A program made the position numbers and the translations under genes. From the IMG/VR virus record IMGVR_UViG_3300025030_001854, positions 1 through 64,000 of that record: DNA of 64,000 bases; one strand, 5' to 3'. The notes under the pieces were generated by a model. That model ran no database searches and had not been told where the DNA came from. It worked only from the letters and a program-made list of their open reading frames with translations. This document shows positions 1 through 12,160 of the stretch, piece by piece. The stretch comes from a virus. The stretch's first letter is position 1, and every line of letters starts with the position of its first letter.

Positions 1-119
1 CACCTTTCTTTAGCCTTATCAATATAAAACTTGACAGAGGCAACGCACTCCTTCATTAGCTCTGCCATCTCAGCGGGAGAGTTTATTTCGCGCATGGTAT
101 TATTTATTATTATTTATTA

Positions 120-147
120 AAAAGGCGGGAGGATTGCTCCCCCCGCC
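120..147 (-). terminator. Intrinsic terminator after ruvB-like gene
   Basis: Minus strand GGCGGGGGGAGCAATCCTCCCGCC hairpin followed by T tract. Confidence 0.7.
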
Positions 148-165
148 AGTTGCTATGAACGATAC

Positions 166-1215
166 TTATCCCGCAACCACTGAACAAGATGTAACAGGAG
201 CAGCAGCCGTAGTAACTACTCCATCCAAAGCCCTAAGATACTCCAATCCCCTGGCAGTAATCTGTCGGCCCACAGTTTCAATGCTCATAAGATTATGGCG
301 CATCAAGTAAAGCTCCACATCCTTCTGGAGGCTTTCGCGGCTCATACCAGTTTTAGCAGACAAACAGGTAAGAGAAGTTCCATCACCATTCATCGCCAAA
401 TGGCGAAGCACACCCAGCTCAATAGGATTAAGTCCCAGAGGCAAAATGTTCAGAATAGCCTTAAGGTCATTCCATCCTTTCAATCCCATGACCTTATAGC
501 CTTTCAAGTAAGTGTTAATCTTACCCGCCATCTTCTGAGCGGCCCGTGCATTTCCGCGCAAGACAGTAGAAACATCCACAAGAACATCATCCTGAAACTC
601 TACTTCGGGAGCACCCTTTTGGACAATCTTGGCAAGATGTTCAAACGTATACTCTTGAAGGTCAAGACGTTCAAGCCGGTCAACGAGCGCGTGAAACACC
701 TTTTGAACCTCAGACGTTGCAAAGATAAAAGTCTGACGACGAAAATCAAAGTCACAGACATATTCATCCATGGCGAAAGTCGTGCGGTTCTCTGGATTAG
801 GGTTAAGGATAGTCAGTAGAGCCATCGCGACGGGGTGAGGAATCTCGCTCGCCTCATCAAACAAGAGCGTTACATCCTTATCCTGAACATAAGGAATAAT
901 CAAGCCATTGATAAATTGCTTGACATTCTTAAGAGTCGAACAATTGATTTCGACAAAGGTCTTCTTGCGTGGCTTGTTAGTGGTAGGATTGATTTCGACC
1001 ATACCATTCTCATCAAACTTAATGAGTCCTTTGGCAAACTCTCGCGCAAGGGTAGTTTTGCCCTGTCCTTTGGGCGCGACAATCATCATATTCGGCGCAA
1101 TGCGCGTTTTCTGATAAGAGTCAAGGTAGAAGTTGAGTTCTCGTTTGGCCGCTTCTTGGCCAACAATGTTGGCGAACAGCGGGTCAGCAGGCAATGGGAT
1201 TGTAATATCGTTCAT
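166..1215 (-). CDS. ruvB: RuvB-like Holliday junction branch migration AAA+ ATPase
   Basis: N-terminal IVGQ, Walker A APKGQGKTT, Walker B LLFDE, sensor RGNAR, C-terminal GLNPIEL..VELYL..GRQIT..G winged helix as in RuvB. Confidence 0.8.
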   Translation of the reverse strand: MNDITIPLPADPLFANIVGQEAAKRELNFYLDSYQKTRIAPNMMIVAPKGQGKTTLAREFAKGLIKFDENGMVEINPTTNKPRKKTFVEINCSTLKNVKQFINGLIIPYVQDKDVTLLFDEASEIPHPVAMALLTILNPNPENRTTFAMDEYVCDFDFRRQTFIFATSEVQKVFHALVDRLERLDLQEYTFEHLAKIVQKGAPEVEFQDDVLVDVSTVLRGNARAAQKMAGKINTYLKGYKVMGLKGWNDLKAILNILPLGLNPIELGVLRHLAMNGDGTSLTCLSAKTGMSRESLQKDVELYLMRHNLMSIETVGRQITARGLEYLRALDGVVTTAAAPVTSCSVVAG

Positions 1216-1584
1216 GTGAATACTCTAATTGAAAATTGGCTTGCTGTCAAGCCCCGCATTAAAAAGAAATAAAAAAAAGGACCGGAGGTTCTCTCCGGTC
1301 CCTATGTTAGGCCATCTCCCTTACAGGATACTTAAAGGAACCAGCTTCGTTAGCGAAATAGTCTGGGTCTTCATAAAGGCGTGTAGCATCGGCCATCACC
1401 TTAGACTCAAACCACTTAAACGCTTCACTATCTTGGTCAACATCATTGGCAATGATGTCTCTCGTATCATCGGGAAGGTCGGCCCACACCCGACGTATTA
1501 CCTTTTGGTGAATACGCCAGAAGTGTTCGGTTTTTCCGTTCTTCATCAATAATGGTTATTGATTGTTGTGGTTGGTTAATAACC

Positions 1585-1848
1585 CTAACTAGCATCAAGG
1601 TCAGTCACCGTAGCTGCAACAGCAGTAGCGGGGGTCTTACCTTGAATCGACTCGTAGCTTGCAGCGGCGGTCGTTGCAGTCAGGCCAGCGAAACCTACAG
1701 CTTCAGCCCACTTGCGGGACACCAAAACAGGCGTGGTGCCATCTGCAAATTTGCTGGTTAGCTCGGCCAATGGGACGCGTACGAAACTGAATGAACCCTT
1801 GGTGCGTCCACTACCCTTACGGCTCACCTTGTTAGTTGAATTGCTCAT
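1585..1848 (-). CDS. Small basic hypothetical protein, possible DNA-binding
   Basis: KGSGRTKGS motif, own TTGACC/TAATAT promoter directly before ATG. Confidence 0.5.
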   Translation of the reverse strand: MSNSTNKVSRKGSGRTKGSFSFVRVPLAELTSKFADGTTPVLVSRKWAEAVGFAGLTATTAAASYESIQGKTPATAVAATVTDLDAS

Positions 1849-3215
1849 GATGTTATATTAGAGGTTGTTTGTGCGGAGGTCAATCTTTTTTTCGATTTTT
1901 CGAAATTAATTCAGGTTCCACACACAACGGGAAGAAACAAAAACTTTTTTATCGGCAGCTTTCTTATCAAGATTGTTAAAATTGCCAAGTCCTAATTTAT
2001 GCGCTTGTGATAAAATAACGTTTTTGTCCAACAAAGATAAAAAGGTATCAGCTTCTCCGGTCGTCATAGTAAAAACGACTTTAACAGTTGTGTCTTTTTG
2101 TTTAATAATATCAGTTTTCATATTAGTTATTAATTAGGGGTATTGCTTGGTTCAAAGTTCGGCCAAGACAATCATGGGCACCACTATGGAGAAATTCGAT
2201 TTCTTTTTCGGTCATCTCCACCCTTAGATTTTCTGGAACCTCAGATTCTAATCCAGGAGGATTGGTCACGTAATACTTTAGCTTTTCCTTAATACTCTCT
2301 CGCGAGAGAGAGCCCATATATAGCCATAACAAATAAGCTTCTCGCAGAGTTAAGGTTACTGTAATGTTTTCCACGGTCGTTATGGTAACAGTTTTAATAT
2401 TTGGTGTCGAATTCATATTATTATCCTAGCTGGGATTTGCGGGCCTGTCAATATCTTTGGGCTGTTCTTTTTTATCTTTTTTAATTGGCTTAAAGTCTTG
2501 CGCCTCAGCCAAAGCTACTACATCCTTAATGAAGACCTCAACCATCCTATCCATAATGGTAACGTCGGACTGAACCAATAGCACTCGCTCTTTAATATTC
2601 TGTGGGAGTTTAGAAAAGAGTAATTCGTGTGCTTGTCTGTAACGCTCGGCCCAAGCTTCAGCCTCTTCAGCCTCTTTATTTGGCTCAGTATTATTTGGAA
2701 CTTTTTCGTTTGACGGGGGATTATTTTGGCTCATATTTGCAAAAAAGTGTGCCATTTTTGGACACTCTTATTTATTATTTAAAAGCTGAAAAACCAATTT
2801 GATAAACTTTTCATAGGGGGTAATACAACTAAATTCGTCAAAATGAGCGAAAATCATTTTAAATAACTTTAAATAACTTTAAAAAGTTTTAAATAACGTT
2901 ATTTCATTTCGACTGTCCCATTTTGTCACACTTCGTTTTTGGAGCCCATTATTTGTCTCACGGCAGCTCCACCCAGTCATAATTGTTATCATAAAAAGTA
3001 TCTCCAACAAAAAAACTTTGATACTCTTCTGACCAATTTGCCAGCTTATAAAACCACCGATAATTAACAAAAATTCTCAAAAGATATTTTCCGCTCTCGT
3101 TATTTGGTCTACTCTGCGGCATTTTTTGCCAAACAAAAACAGAAACGTTTTCGCTGTTGGCTGGAGGTTGATTTTCGCTTGATTTCATTTTTATTCTATT
3201 GTTTACGCCTGTCAC

Positions 3216-3737
3216 GTATCCAGACCTAACAACTTAATACTCAACGACTTATCTCTCTTACTACTCTTCTACTTTAACGGAAAGTTGCTGCGGTGTCAAG
3301 AGTTTGTTTTGGTTGATTTTTTTATTTTTTTGGTTGAAAAAAGTAACAGCAATTACATACAAATATCAACATGAGCAGTAGTATAATTATTTTTGGCATG
3401 GGGGAAGATTAGCCATAGAACAGTAAGTAGAACAAGGAGAGGATTCTTTTTTTAAAATGATTTTGTGTTATTATTTAAAATAATAAATAAATCGACCTCG
3501 CCCCACCAAAAAAACACCAACAACATTAACCCTCTTATACTATCTACTATATCTATATCTATCTTACTTATCCTTTCTTTTGTTGGCTAACTGCTTATTA
3601 TCAAGCACTTACACAAACTCTTTAAATTATTCTTTATTTATTATCACGTCTATTTTTACCCTATATTTCACCCTATAAAAGGTCGAATTTGGTATTACTA
3701 TAAGAATCAACACTTTACACCCGCAAACAAACAACAC
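3216..3737. other. AT-rich non-coding region with three IHF-like sites; candidate origin or packaging region
   Basis: No long ORF; ACTCAACGACTTA 3239, TATCAAGCACTTA 3599, AATCAACACTTTA 3705 versus consensus WATCAANNNNTTR. Confidence 0.45.
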
Positions 3738-6675
3738 TTAACCTTTAAGACGGCGAGAAAAGAGCTTATTATATCTCTCAAGGAACCAATTCTTAATTCT
3801 TCCGTCTTCTATGTCTATAAGTTCCTCACAAACAAACCCATAAAAATCAAAATAACCAGCATATATTTTCTGTATTCCAGATACCCCTACAAAAAAGAAT
3901 ATTAATAAACACAAAGGAAACATAATAAAAAAACCAAAAGTCATTCCTATCATAGCTATAAACAGCACCACCCTTAAAACAAAATTAACTATAAGATTTA
4001 ATAGCGTCTTCATATTATTTAATAATTTAATTCTCTAAGCGGAATCAACCATTCGCAAAAACAAGAATCCACATTTCGAAGCAAATAGGAACTTCTACGA
4101 CCCTCATTATCTTCAGCATAACAATCTCCATACTTATCCTTGGGGCATTCTTGTAAATTGAAAGCTGAACACTCAAGAATAGCAACGCGAGAACCATAAC
4201 CTTGATAACAGTTGTAAATCTTCGCGGCCTTTACAGCTTGTTCCAAAGAAGCAAAAACAAACAAACATTTTAAAGATGGCAACGGAAAAGTATGAGCATC
4301 AATTTTATATTGAACTATTAATTCTTCTTTAAAAAGTTTCTCTTGTCCATCAAGATTATAAAAGTTTGTCTCTCTTAAAAAATGGTCGGTTGTATTCGCA
4401 CTCCACATGTTACCAAAGCGGTCAACGACTACGACTTTAAAAGCGGGGGAAAGGATATTCATATTTTTTATTACTTGTTCTCTGGCAATTTCCACCCACA
4501 AACCAACTTAAAGTATTCCGCTTCTGCGGAGGCTTTCATTTCCGCCCTTTTATTTTGAATCTCCCGATAACCATCTTGAGCAAATAAAATGTTTATTTTA
4601 TTAAATAACACAAGCTGAAACGCTCCAATACCCTCAATCAAAAGAGACACATACCAATAATCTTCATAATCAGAAATTAAAGCTTGATTTGTTAAATGCG
4701 GGGTTAGGGCAGAAATAAACATCACCCTATTTAAATCAATACTCTCTCCAAGAGCGGTTTTAAAAATATTCATAATTTAAAATAATTTAAAATGTTCTAA
4801 GAATCGCGGCAATCTCAGACGGGTTAATATAGCGGGGCGACAATCCTCGACCGCCACCAGTAAAAGACCAAGAGGTAAGATTCCCAGTAGTAGAATCGAA
4901 CTTCCAAGAAAACTCATCGCACTTAAACGATATTTCTTTACCAGACTTAAGGATAATGGTAATCTTGGTTCTTTTCTTCCAGAAAGTAGAGAGGTTCATA
5001 TTATTAAATTTTAAATGTCACCCACAAAAAACTATCTTTAGCAGTTCCAGACGCGGCACCACCAACAAAAGAGTGAAAATGATTTCCGCTATCTGTTATG
5101 ATGGCGTCGGGCAATTTGTCTTTAATGAATTTGACTAACGCATCAGCCGAAGATGTGAAGCCATAAAAATAACTTCTATGATAACGGAATTGACCTTTAT
5201 ATTTTTTAATATGTCTATCGGATATTCCTAATTTCTTAGATAATTCTTGGGTAGTCATAAATTTTATATTATTTTCCAGTTAAAAGCCATTCAACCAATT
5301 CTGCTGAAGTATTGAATTGATAAACCTTGTACCCATAACTAAGTAAACATTTAACCGTTTCATATAAACTTTCTCCATTTACGCATCTTGTCCCCGACCA
5401 ACCATTTCCTATGGTTAAGGACGCCAAACACATAGCCATAAAATTGCCTCTACGAAAATGTTCCCTGGTAATAAAACCGCGGCTCTCAATTGTAGACGGT
5501 TTATTAGAATAAACACTTGTTCCCTCTTCTATTCCATAGTAAAAGTCTTCATTTACTAAATCAGCGGTGATAATGGAAGGGTTATTAAATAATACGATTT
5601 GAGTTTTCATATTTTTATGTTACAGCGGATTTTTGGTTTTGTCAAGGGTGCTAAGGTGGAAACAACGGCAGAACGGGCAGCGATACCAACGATATGTCTT
5701 TTTATATTTAAATTCTAAAATACCAGCCCAACAAGCGGCTTGAATCTCAGACTTAAACAGGCGTTTACTATCGCAAGTTTTTTGTTTGTCCATTAATCAT
5801 TAAAAGGTTTAATGGGGACTAGAAGATTAGACGAAACAATACACGAAAAATTATTCGTCGGCATCTGAACTAAAATAGTTACAAGTTTTCCTCTGACTTT
5901 GGTTACGACGGCATTAGTGTAAAACGTTGAGTGTTTAATGGCGACCGAAGAGGAAATAGGAAAAATATCCGTTGTTCTGCTCGTTATACCTGAACAATAT
6001 ACAAAATAAAAAATAATCACCGACAATAAAATAGTAATCACAAACATCCAAAAACTAGGGTCAGTTTCCCCTTTAATATTCTTTAGATAATTTTTACGGT
6101 GGATTTTCATATTATAGTTCTTCGAAATTATCGTCGCTTACCCACGTCATAAGCTCTATAAAAGAATCAAATTCGAAAACATGCCAACCCCTCGCAAGAG
6201 AGTTTTGGATGACTCCTTTAACCGTATCGGAATCGGAAGCACACCAAGTATTTCCATCGGTCATGAGTTTCGGGCAGATAACGGTGGCGTTTTCAGGATA
6301 TTTAATAATAAAACCCCTCTTAGGAGAGCTGGGCCTTTTAATTTCTACACCGAAATACTTCTTTTCAGGAGCATATTCAGGAGCAAGAACATCAGCAAGT
6401 GATATAACGGTTTGTTTAGGAATTTGGTGGACAATTTGTTTCATATTAGTAGGAAGCTACAGTTCGCTCCGCTGTAGCACCGGAACTTTCATTACAATTT
6501 TATTATACCCCAGGCCCACACCTGCAATTTTCGGGTTCTATGCATTAATACGCCCTAGTCGGCCCGTGGTTTGTTTGCGAGACACTGTTTACTTTTTTTT
6601 CTCCAGTCTTTCGACCGCACCTAAGATTACACAACGTTTTCCCTCTTGTCAAGAGCGAACCTTTTGACCTTTTTA

Positions 6676-7513
6676 TTAATTTTTAAGTGAGACTTCTCCT
6701 TCGAAAAGCTTCCAATTTCCATCTTCAAAAAGAAAATTAGACGAAGAATAACCTATTGAAATAAAATCATTACGATAATTTGATAGAATTTTATCTTTAG
6801 GAATAAAAAGAACCGTTCCTTCGCTACTAGTTCTAGCCAAAACAACAACCCCATCCCAGTCTTCTTGATTTGTGTTAGATGTTCTGACTAATAGACATGG
6901 GTATTCAAAAAGTTTTACAGATTTTTGATTAGTGGTTATAGTCGATTTCATATTTTTAATTAATTATTAAGCCAAATCTCTCCATCGAAAGTCTCCCAAT
7001 TCTTTTCTTCAAAAAAATAACTATTTGAATGATAACCAATATTAATCTCTTTATCATGGGCTGATATTGGATGCTGATTAGTAGGAATAAAAACAATGGT
7101 TCCTGATAAAGCACTTGTGGCGAGAACGACAACCCTATTCCAATCCGAACACCCTACTGTATTTTTTCTAACTAACAACATTGGATATTTAGTTTCTTTT
7201 TCTTTAAGTATTGATTGCATATTTTTATTTAATTAGACAACTCAACCTTCCCATTAAACTTTGCCCAATATGGCTGTTGGAAATTTTGTAAATTATCCCT
7301 ATATAATACTTTCCCCTCTACAAAAAGACCGTTGCCTTGGAGCACAATCTGTATTTCTGGAGAAGCATCTAATATAATAAAGTCTTTCCAAAGTTTACTT
7401 CCGATTTTTGTTCCATGTGGCCCATCAACTATTCCCAAATGAATAAACAATGTTGGATATTGCATTAGTGGGGGTTCTTCTGGGCCTTGTGGTGTTGTTA
7501 TTTCAGCATTCAT
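6676..7513 (-). repeat. Three tandem paralogous small ORFs (6676-6951, 6960-7220, 7229-7513)
   Basis: Shared YP.L N-terminal motif and C-terminal W..F.GE/KV.L.N motif. Confidence 0.65.
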
Positions 7514-7526
7514 ATTTTTTTATTAT

Positions 7527-8438
7527 TTATGGATTTTGACTTCTCAGATTACTTTCGAGTAACCCTTTATACATCTTCGCGGTCTTACCAGAGATAGCTT
7601 TCCTAACTTCCTTACTATCAACAATTTCCCCCGCTCCCTCGCGAAGCACATCTTCGACCATAGCCTTAAGGATTTCTCCCATCTTAGTCATATCATGATT
7701 TGGAAAACCCTGAAGGATATGCTCAAGCCGATTTGACGTAACCCATTCATTACCAACGGCTTCGGCATCGGCCAAGACCTGAAGCTTTGCCGGGTCAGTA
7801 ACCTCTCGCGGGGTCGCTGTCTCTCGGAACTTTTCAGTCTTATGCTTAACGATAACCCTATTACCATTATTAAGAGTAAATTCTTTCAATGGAAGAATCA
7901 CAACACCTTCACGGGGGCGAGGATTATTAATAGAACCATCAGGATTAGCCGAACTTACCTTATTTCGTATTGCCTGAACCGACGGGGCATCTCTCTGGGC
8001 GTCTAAGTCCTTAAGTTCAGTAGTAGTCCTAACATAATGAACAAACTCAAAACACAAATCAGAACAAACCTTAGCCGCATCAGGCACAGAAAGCCAGCAA
8101 TCACCAATTTTAACAGCAAAGGCAATAAACTTCAACTCTTTACCGTAAGTATCGCTCATTCCTTGCTGGCTACCTCCATAAGCCTCTCCATAGACAACGC
8201 ACGGCCTATCAACGGGCAAGCTCATAGCCTTAAACTGGGTCAGTAAAGCCTCTTGGTCAAATAGCGCCACAAATCGGGCGTGAGGCTCGCCACCAGAGGA
8301 AAACTGAATAGTATTATCGGCAGGATTAAATACAATTCGTGTATTTGTACCATGAATTTTCTCTAAACAGAAACACTCCTTGAAAAGAAGAATCTCCTGA
8401 GACTTATACAAATTATCAATATGGGGCATATAACTCAT
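7527..8438 (-). CDS. RNA ligase, Rnl2-like
   Basis: Nucleotidyltransferase motif I EKIHGTN, YGEAYG, EGVV and K.K motif V. Confidence 0.8.
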   Translation of the reverse strand: MSYMPHIDNLYKSQEILLFKECFCLEKIHGTNTRIVFNPADNTIQFSSGGEPHARFVALFDQEALLTQFKAMSLPVDRPCVVYGEAYGGSQQGMSDTYGKELKFIAFAVKIGDCWLSVPDAAKVCSDLCFEFVHYVRTTTELKDLDAQRDAPSVQAIRNKVSSANPDGSINNPRPREGVVILPLKEFTLNNGNRVIVKHKTEKFRETATPREVTDPAKLQVLADAEAVGNEWVTSNRLEHILQGFPNHDMTKMGEILKAMVEDVLREGAGEIVDSKEVRKAISGKTAKMYKGLLESNLRSQNP

Positions 8439-11179
8439 AATATTATTAATTTTTAATGTTTCTTATCTTAGCTCATATTTTGGGAACTGTCAAGAATCAA
8501 TTCCCCTCTAACATTTTCTGAATAAAAAAAGCATCACCAGGTAGAGCTTTAAGCCCAAGAGACAAACTTTCTCCATACACCGTAACTTCTCCGTTTTTCT
8601 CATAAAAAAACCCCGCGCTTGTTGCTTTTAAATGGCTAAGAATTTCTGTATGTTTAAAATAGCTCCCAAAAACAACGGGCATCCACCCATCAAACATAAC
8701 ATATTTAAGATTCATAGCTATTATTCCTTACTCACCCACAACTGACCTAATCCCAGCGGTCCATTGTTTTCGGCCCACAAATTAATATGAGAGCCATCCG
8801 TAAAATTAACTACCCAGCAATTAATCGCCCCATGAGTAATACTCTTAATGGTTTTTCCATGAGTCCAAGTGGTATCTTTGGTTTGGCGATAATTTGGAAA
8901 GTCTTTGGGGAAAATTCCTTTAATAATGTTACTTTTTTTCATAATTTTTTGGGACTCTTAACCAATGAGTAATATTATCGACATTTTTAAGATAAACCGC
9001 TGGGTCAAATCGTAATTCCCATTCCTTAGAAACAAAATCATAATTGCCGAATCCATATCTACACCAACCCCTCACTTTTACCAATGTCAGTGAGGAATCA
9101 TTACCGACAATGGGTGGCGTTTTAACCGACATCCAGCGGAGACTTGTTTTTTTATTCATATTAAATCCTAGTAGGGGGAAGACCCTCTTCTTGAATCTCT
9201 GCTTTTGGCCAAGAAGACTCGTTAACCTTATATGTATTACGAGAACCTTTACGATTAAACCAAAACGTTCCAGCGCAGGCTTGATACATCCAACCTTTGG
9301 GAAGGGCAGCAGTAATTTTATTTAGCAATCCCCATTTATCCCAATCTTTTCGTTGAGAGAAAATTTTTGTTTCTTCTCCCGCGCAAAAAGAACGAGAGAT
9401 AACCCTTTCATCGGCTTCTGCTCGGCGAACGTAATATTCTCCAACGGCAATAGTTAGAGCGTTCGGAAGTTTGCAGGTTTTCATATATGGAGTCTATTCT
9501 TTGGTTAGAGACTTGTCAACCCAAATTTTATGTTATTTTAAATCACAGAAAGTAGGGCTCTAGCTGGAAAAACAGTTGTAATCATCAATAAAAAGGAACT
9601 ATCGTTTATAGCCGCAACATCCAACCATGGTCGAATTAAATAATGATTCATTGGTGGAACTTTTCCCTGTAATACTAAAGCTGTAACTATATCAATAAGT
9701 TCCATTTTATCTTTTTTAGTTAGACCCTCGAATATTAAAGTATTTGGATTGATATACATAATTAATTATTTTTAAAACCAATTAAGTCCTTTTCCTTGAC
9801 CTAAATATACATCAAAAATTGGGTCCAACATTTTTTGAATATTAATATTCCAATGAACAAAGTTCCCATGAACATCATTTACAATCGTTGTGTCTAATTC
9901 CCCCAGGTTTTTCCATGTCCCTTCGGGGGTCCAATATTCTAAGTCAAGCCAATAAACCCAAAACCCTTCTGACCTGTCTTTTCTCCATTTTAGTCTAAAA
10001 GGAATACCTCTGTGCCAATATCGACCTTTTATTGGGATATCTCCAATTAAATTCTGCCACGGAAAATAAGAACCAGAAATATTGGGATATTCAGGTGGAA
10101 GAAAGGTGTATAGTTTATTCATTTTAATTATTTTTTAATCCCATTGACCGTAACTCATGGCTAGAAAGTTGTCGCTTTTGAATCTTCATGCAAGACAAAA
10201 CAATATTTCTCTTCGATAACCATTTTTTTTCTTTGTCGGGATTAAGGCTTTCTTCTGGGCCTAAAGGCTTCATACAATATGTAATTGGTTTAGTATTATA
10301 ATCAATAGGGATTTTCCAAAAATAAGGATTTAATTTCTTTTTATAAATAGAATATTTTAATTCATAATTGGGATTTACCAAAGCCTTAAATTCATACCAA
10401 ATACCATTAACTTTCTCAAGATGATGATAGTCTCCCAATAGAATAAATGTCTTCTCTTTTTTAACACGAGCAGCTTTTACTTTTGGACTGAGACAAATCA
10501 GTTTCGAGATTGGATGAACATAAAGAGTATCACAAAAAGTAGGGAGAAAATACTCTCTTCCATGACCAATAACGCGAAATTTACCATTCTCAATAACAAT
10601 ATTCGTTTCAACGTGCCGGGTATAATACTCTAAGGTCTTATATTTGCGCGGCACCCAAGAAAGAAAATGAAAATCAGAATAAACTTGGTCAGACAATCTT
10701 CCGACTTGCGCCCGAAACCATTTGTCTAACCGCTTCCAGGGATAATCGCTATGATAATCCCAATCCGATACTTCCTTCATTTTGCTTCGGGTGGGCAGCG
10801 TTTCGAGTTGTTCAATATCCAAGTTCATGATTTAAAACTACGACGAAATTGGCAGAGAGTCAACCACTAATCCAAATCCCAATCAACAAAAGGTTTTCCA
10901 AATTCTATTTCTTTAACTAATAAAGCGTAACATTCTCCACATCCACCGTAATAAAAATCTTTAAAAAGAAAAGGATGATATTTTTCATCTTCTAAAAGTC
11001 TATCAATATTATAATAGAATTCTCCTAATTTATCAGGATAAGTGGTGGCTGGAACCGCGAAGGTTTTTTCACAGAAACTTTTTGCTTCTTCTAAGGAAGG
11101 AAAAATTAATAATGGAATTTTAAGTTCATTACATCCCAGGCCAATAACGGCAGCAATTTTTTTCATAAAATATTTTAAA

Positions 11180-11205
11180 AAAAGCGGGAGTATTGCTACT
11201 CCCGC
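11180..11205 (-). terminator. Intrinsic terminator after rIIB
   Basis: GCGGGAGTAGCAATACTCCCGC plus T tract. Confidence 0.7.
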
Positions 11206-11227
11206 CCTTACTATTCCCCACTTCCGA

Positions 11228-12079
11228 TTAGGAGCAGAAACGTCCCAACGCATCGCGTTTGAGTTGCTGCTTTACCTTGGCGACCTTATCGAAATTCGAA
11301 TCGCGAACATCTTCCAACTTACGATTTTCCTCGGCAATGACCTCATACTCGCAAGCACGACATTTCTTGTGGCTTTCGTCAAACGGCACAGAAACCACAT
11401 TTTTAGGATTGACCTTAACAACCATCAAATGCCCATTTGAAGACTTAAAACCATTAGCATATTCCCAAGAGCCAACATGCAGTCCTCGGGAACATCCTTG
11501 ATTAGGATTATCATTAACATCACTACGCTCAACAATGATAACCTCTCCAACCCCGTTGAAGATTCGTCCTCCTTCCACTTTACCCTTGAGAACTTTAATA
11601 TCTCCAGAAGTGATAGAAAAATAATCCTCAGCTACCCCCTTATAGGCCAGGAAACATCCATCATCCGTAATAGGCATGTTTTGGTGTTCGAGGAATGCAT
11701 AAAGTTCATTTCGGGAGCGTTCACTTGGATTAGCGTAAAGGTTATCCGCAAACTTTAGAAGGCGTTGATAGCTAAGACCTTCTCGCATGAAGAAAAGAAT
11801 CCGGTCCATAAGATAGCCATGAACCTCTTGGCCGTCTCGGAGAACTTTTCCATTCTTAACAAGAAAGCGACCATTAAATTTCTTATTAATCGCCTGAGCG
11901 ACATCAATGAGTTCAATCACGGCCGCGAAATTTCCAGCTTTGTAAGCGCGAAGAACTTGCTTCCAATTTGGGTGAGAAGATTCAACGATTTTCGTATGAA
12001 TTGAATTGTCCATCCACACAACGACCAAAGTTCGGCCGGTGAAGTTATGGCTTAGAATTACAGGGTGTTTTTTGTCCAT
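11228..12079 (-). CDS. rIIB: rIIB-like protein
   Basis: NPS..S..ELY.FL, ITDDGCFLAYK, CSRGLHVG, VKVNPKNVVSVP motifs; follows rIIA. Confidence 0.85.
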   Translation of the reverse strand: MDKKHPVILSHNFTGRTLVVVWMDNSIHTKIVESSHPNWKQVLRAYKAGNFAAVIELIDVAQAINKKFNGRFLVKNGKVLRDGQEVHGYLMDRILFFMREGLSYQRLLKFADNLYANPSERSRNELYAFLEHQNMPITDDGCFLAYKGVAEDYFSITSGDIKVLKGKVEGGRIFNGVGEVIIVERSDVNDNPNQGCSRGLHVGSWEYANGFKSSNGHLMVVKVNPKNVVSVPFDESHKKCRACEYEVIAEENRKLEDVRDSNFDKVAKVKQQLKRDALGRFCS

Positions 12080-12160
12080 ATTTATATATTCTCAAAAATT
12101 TGTCAGATAGTCAAGAAAAAATTTCTCAATAAGCCGGAATTTTTATCTTTTTTTAATTTA

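Noticed and set aside
295-1761. Plus-strand ORFs antisense to ruvB and neighbours (also many at 6181-26351)
   Set aside because: Shadow ORFs opposite well-supported minus-strand genes, with no motifs or promoters
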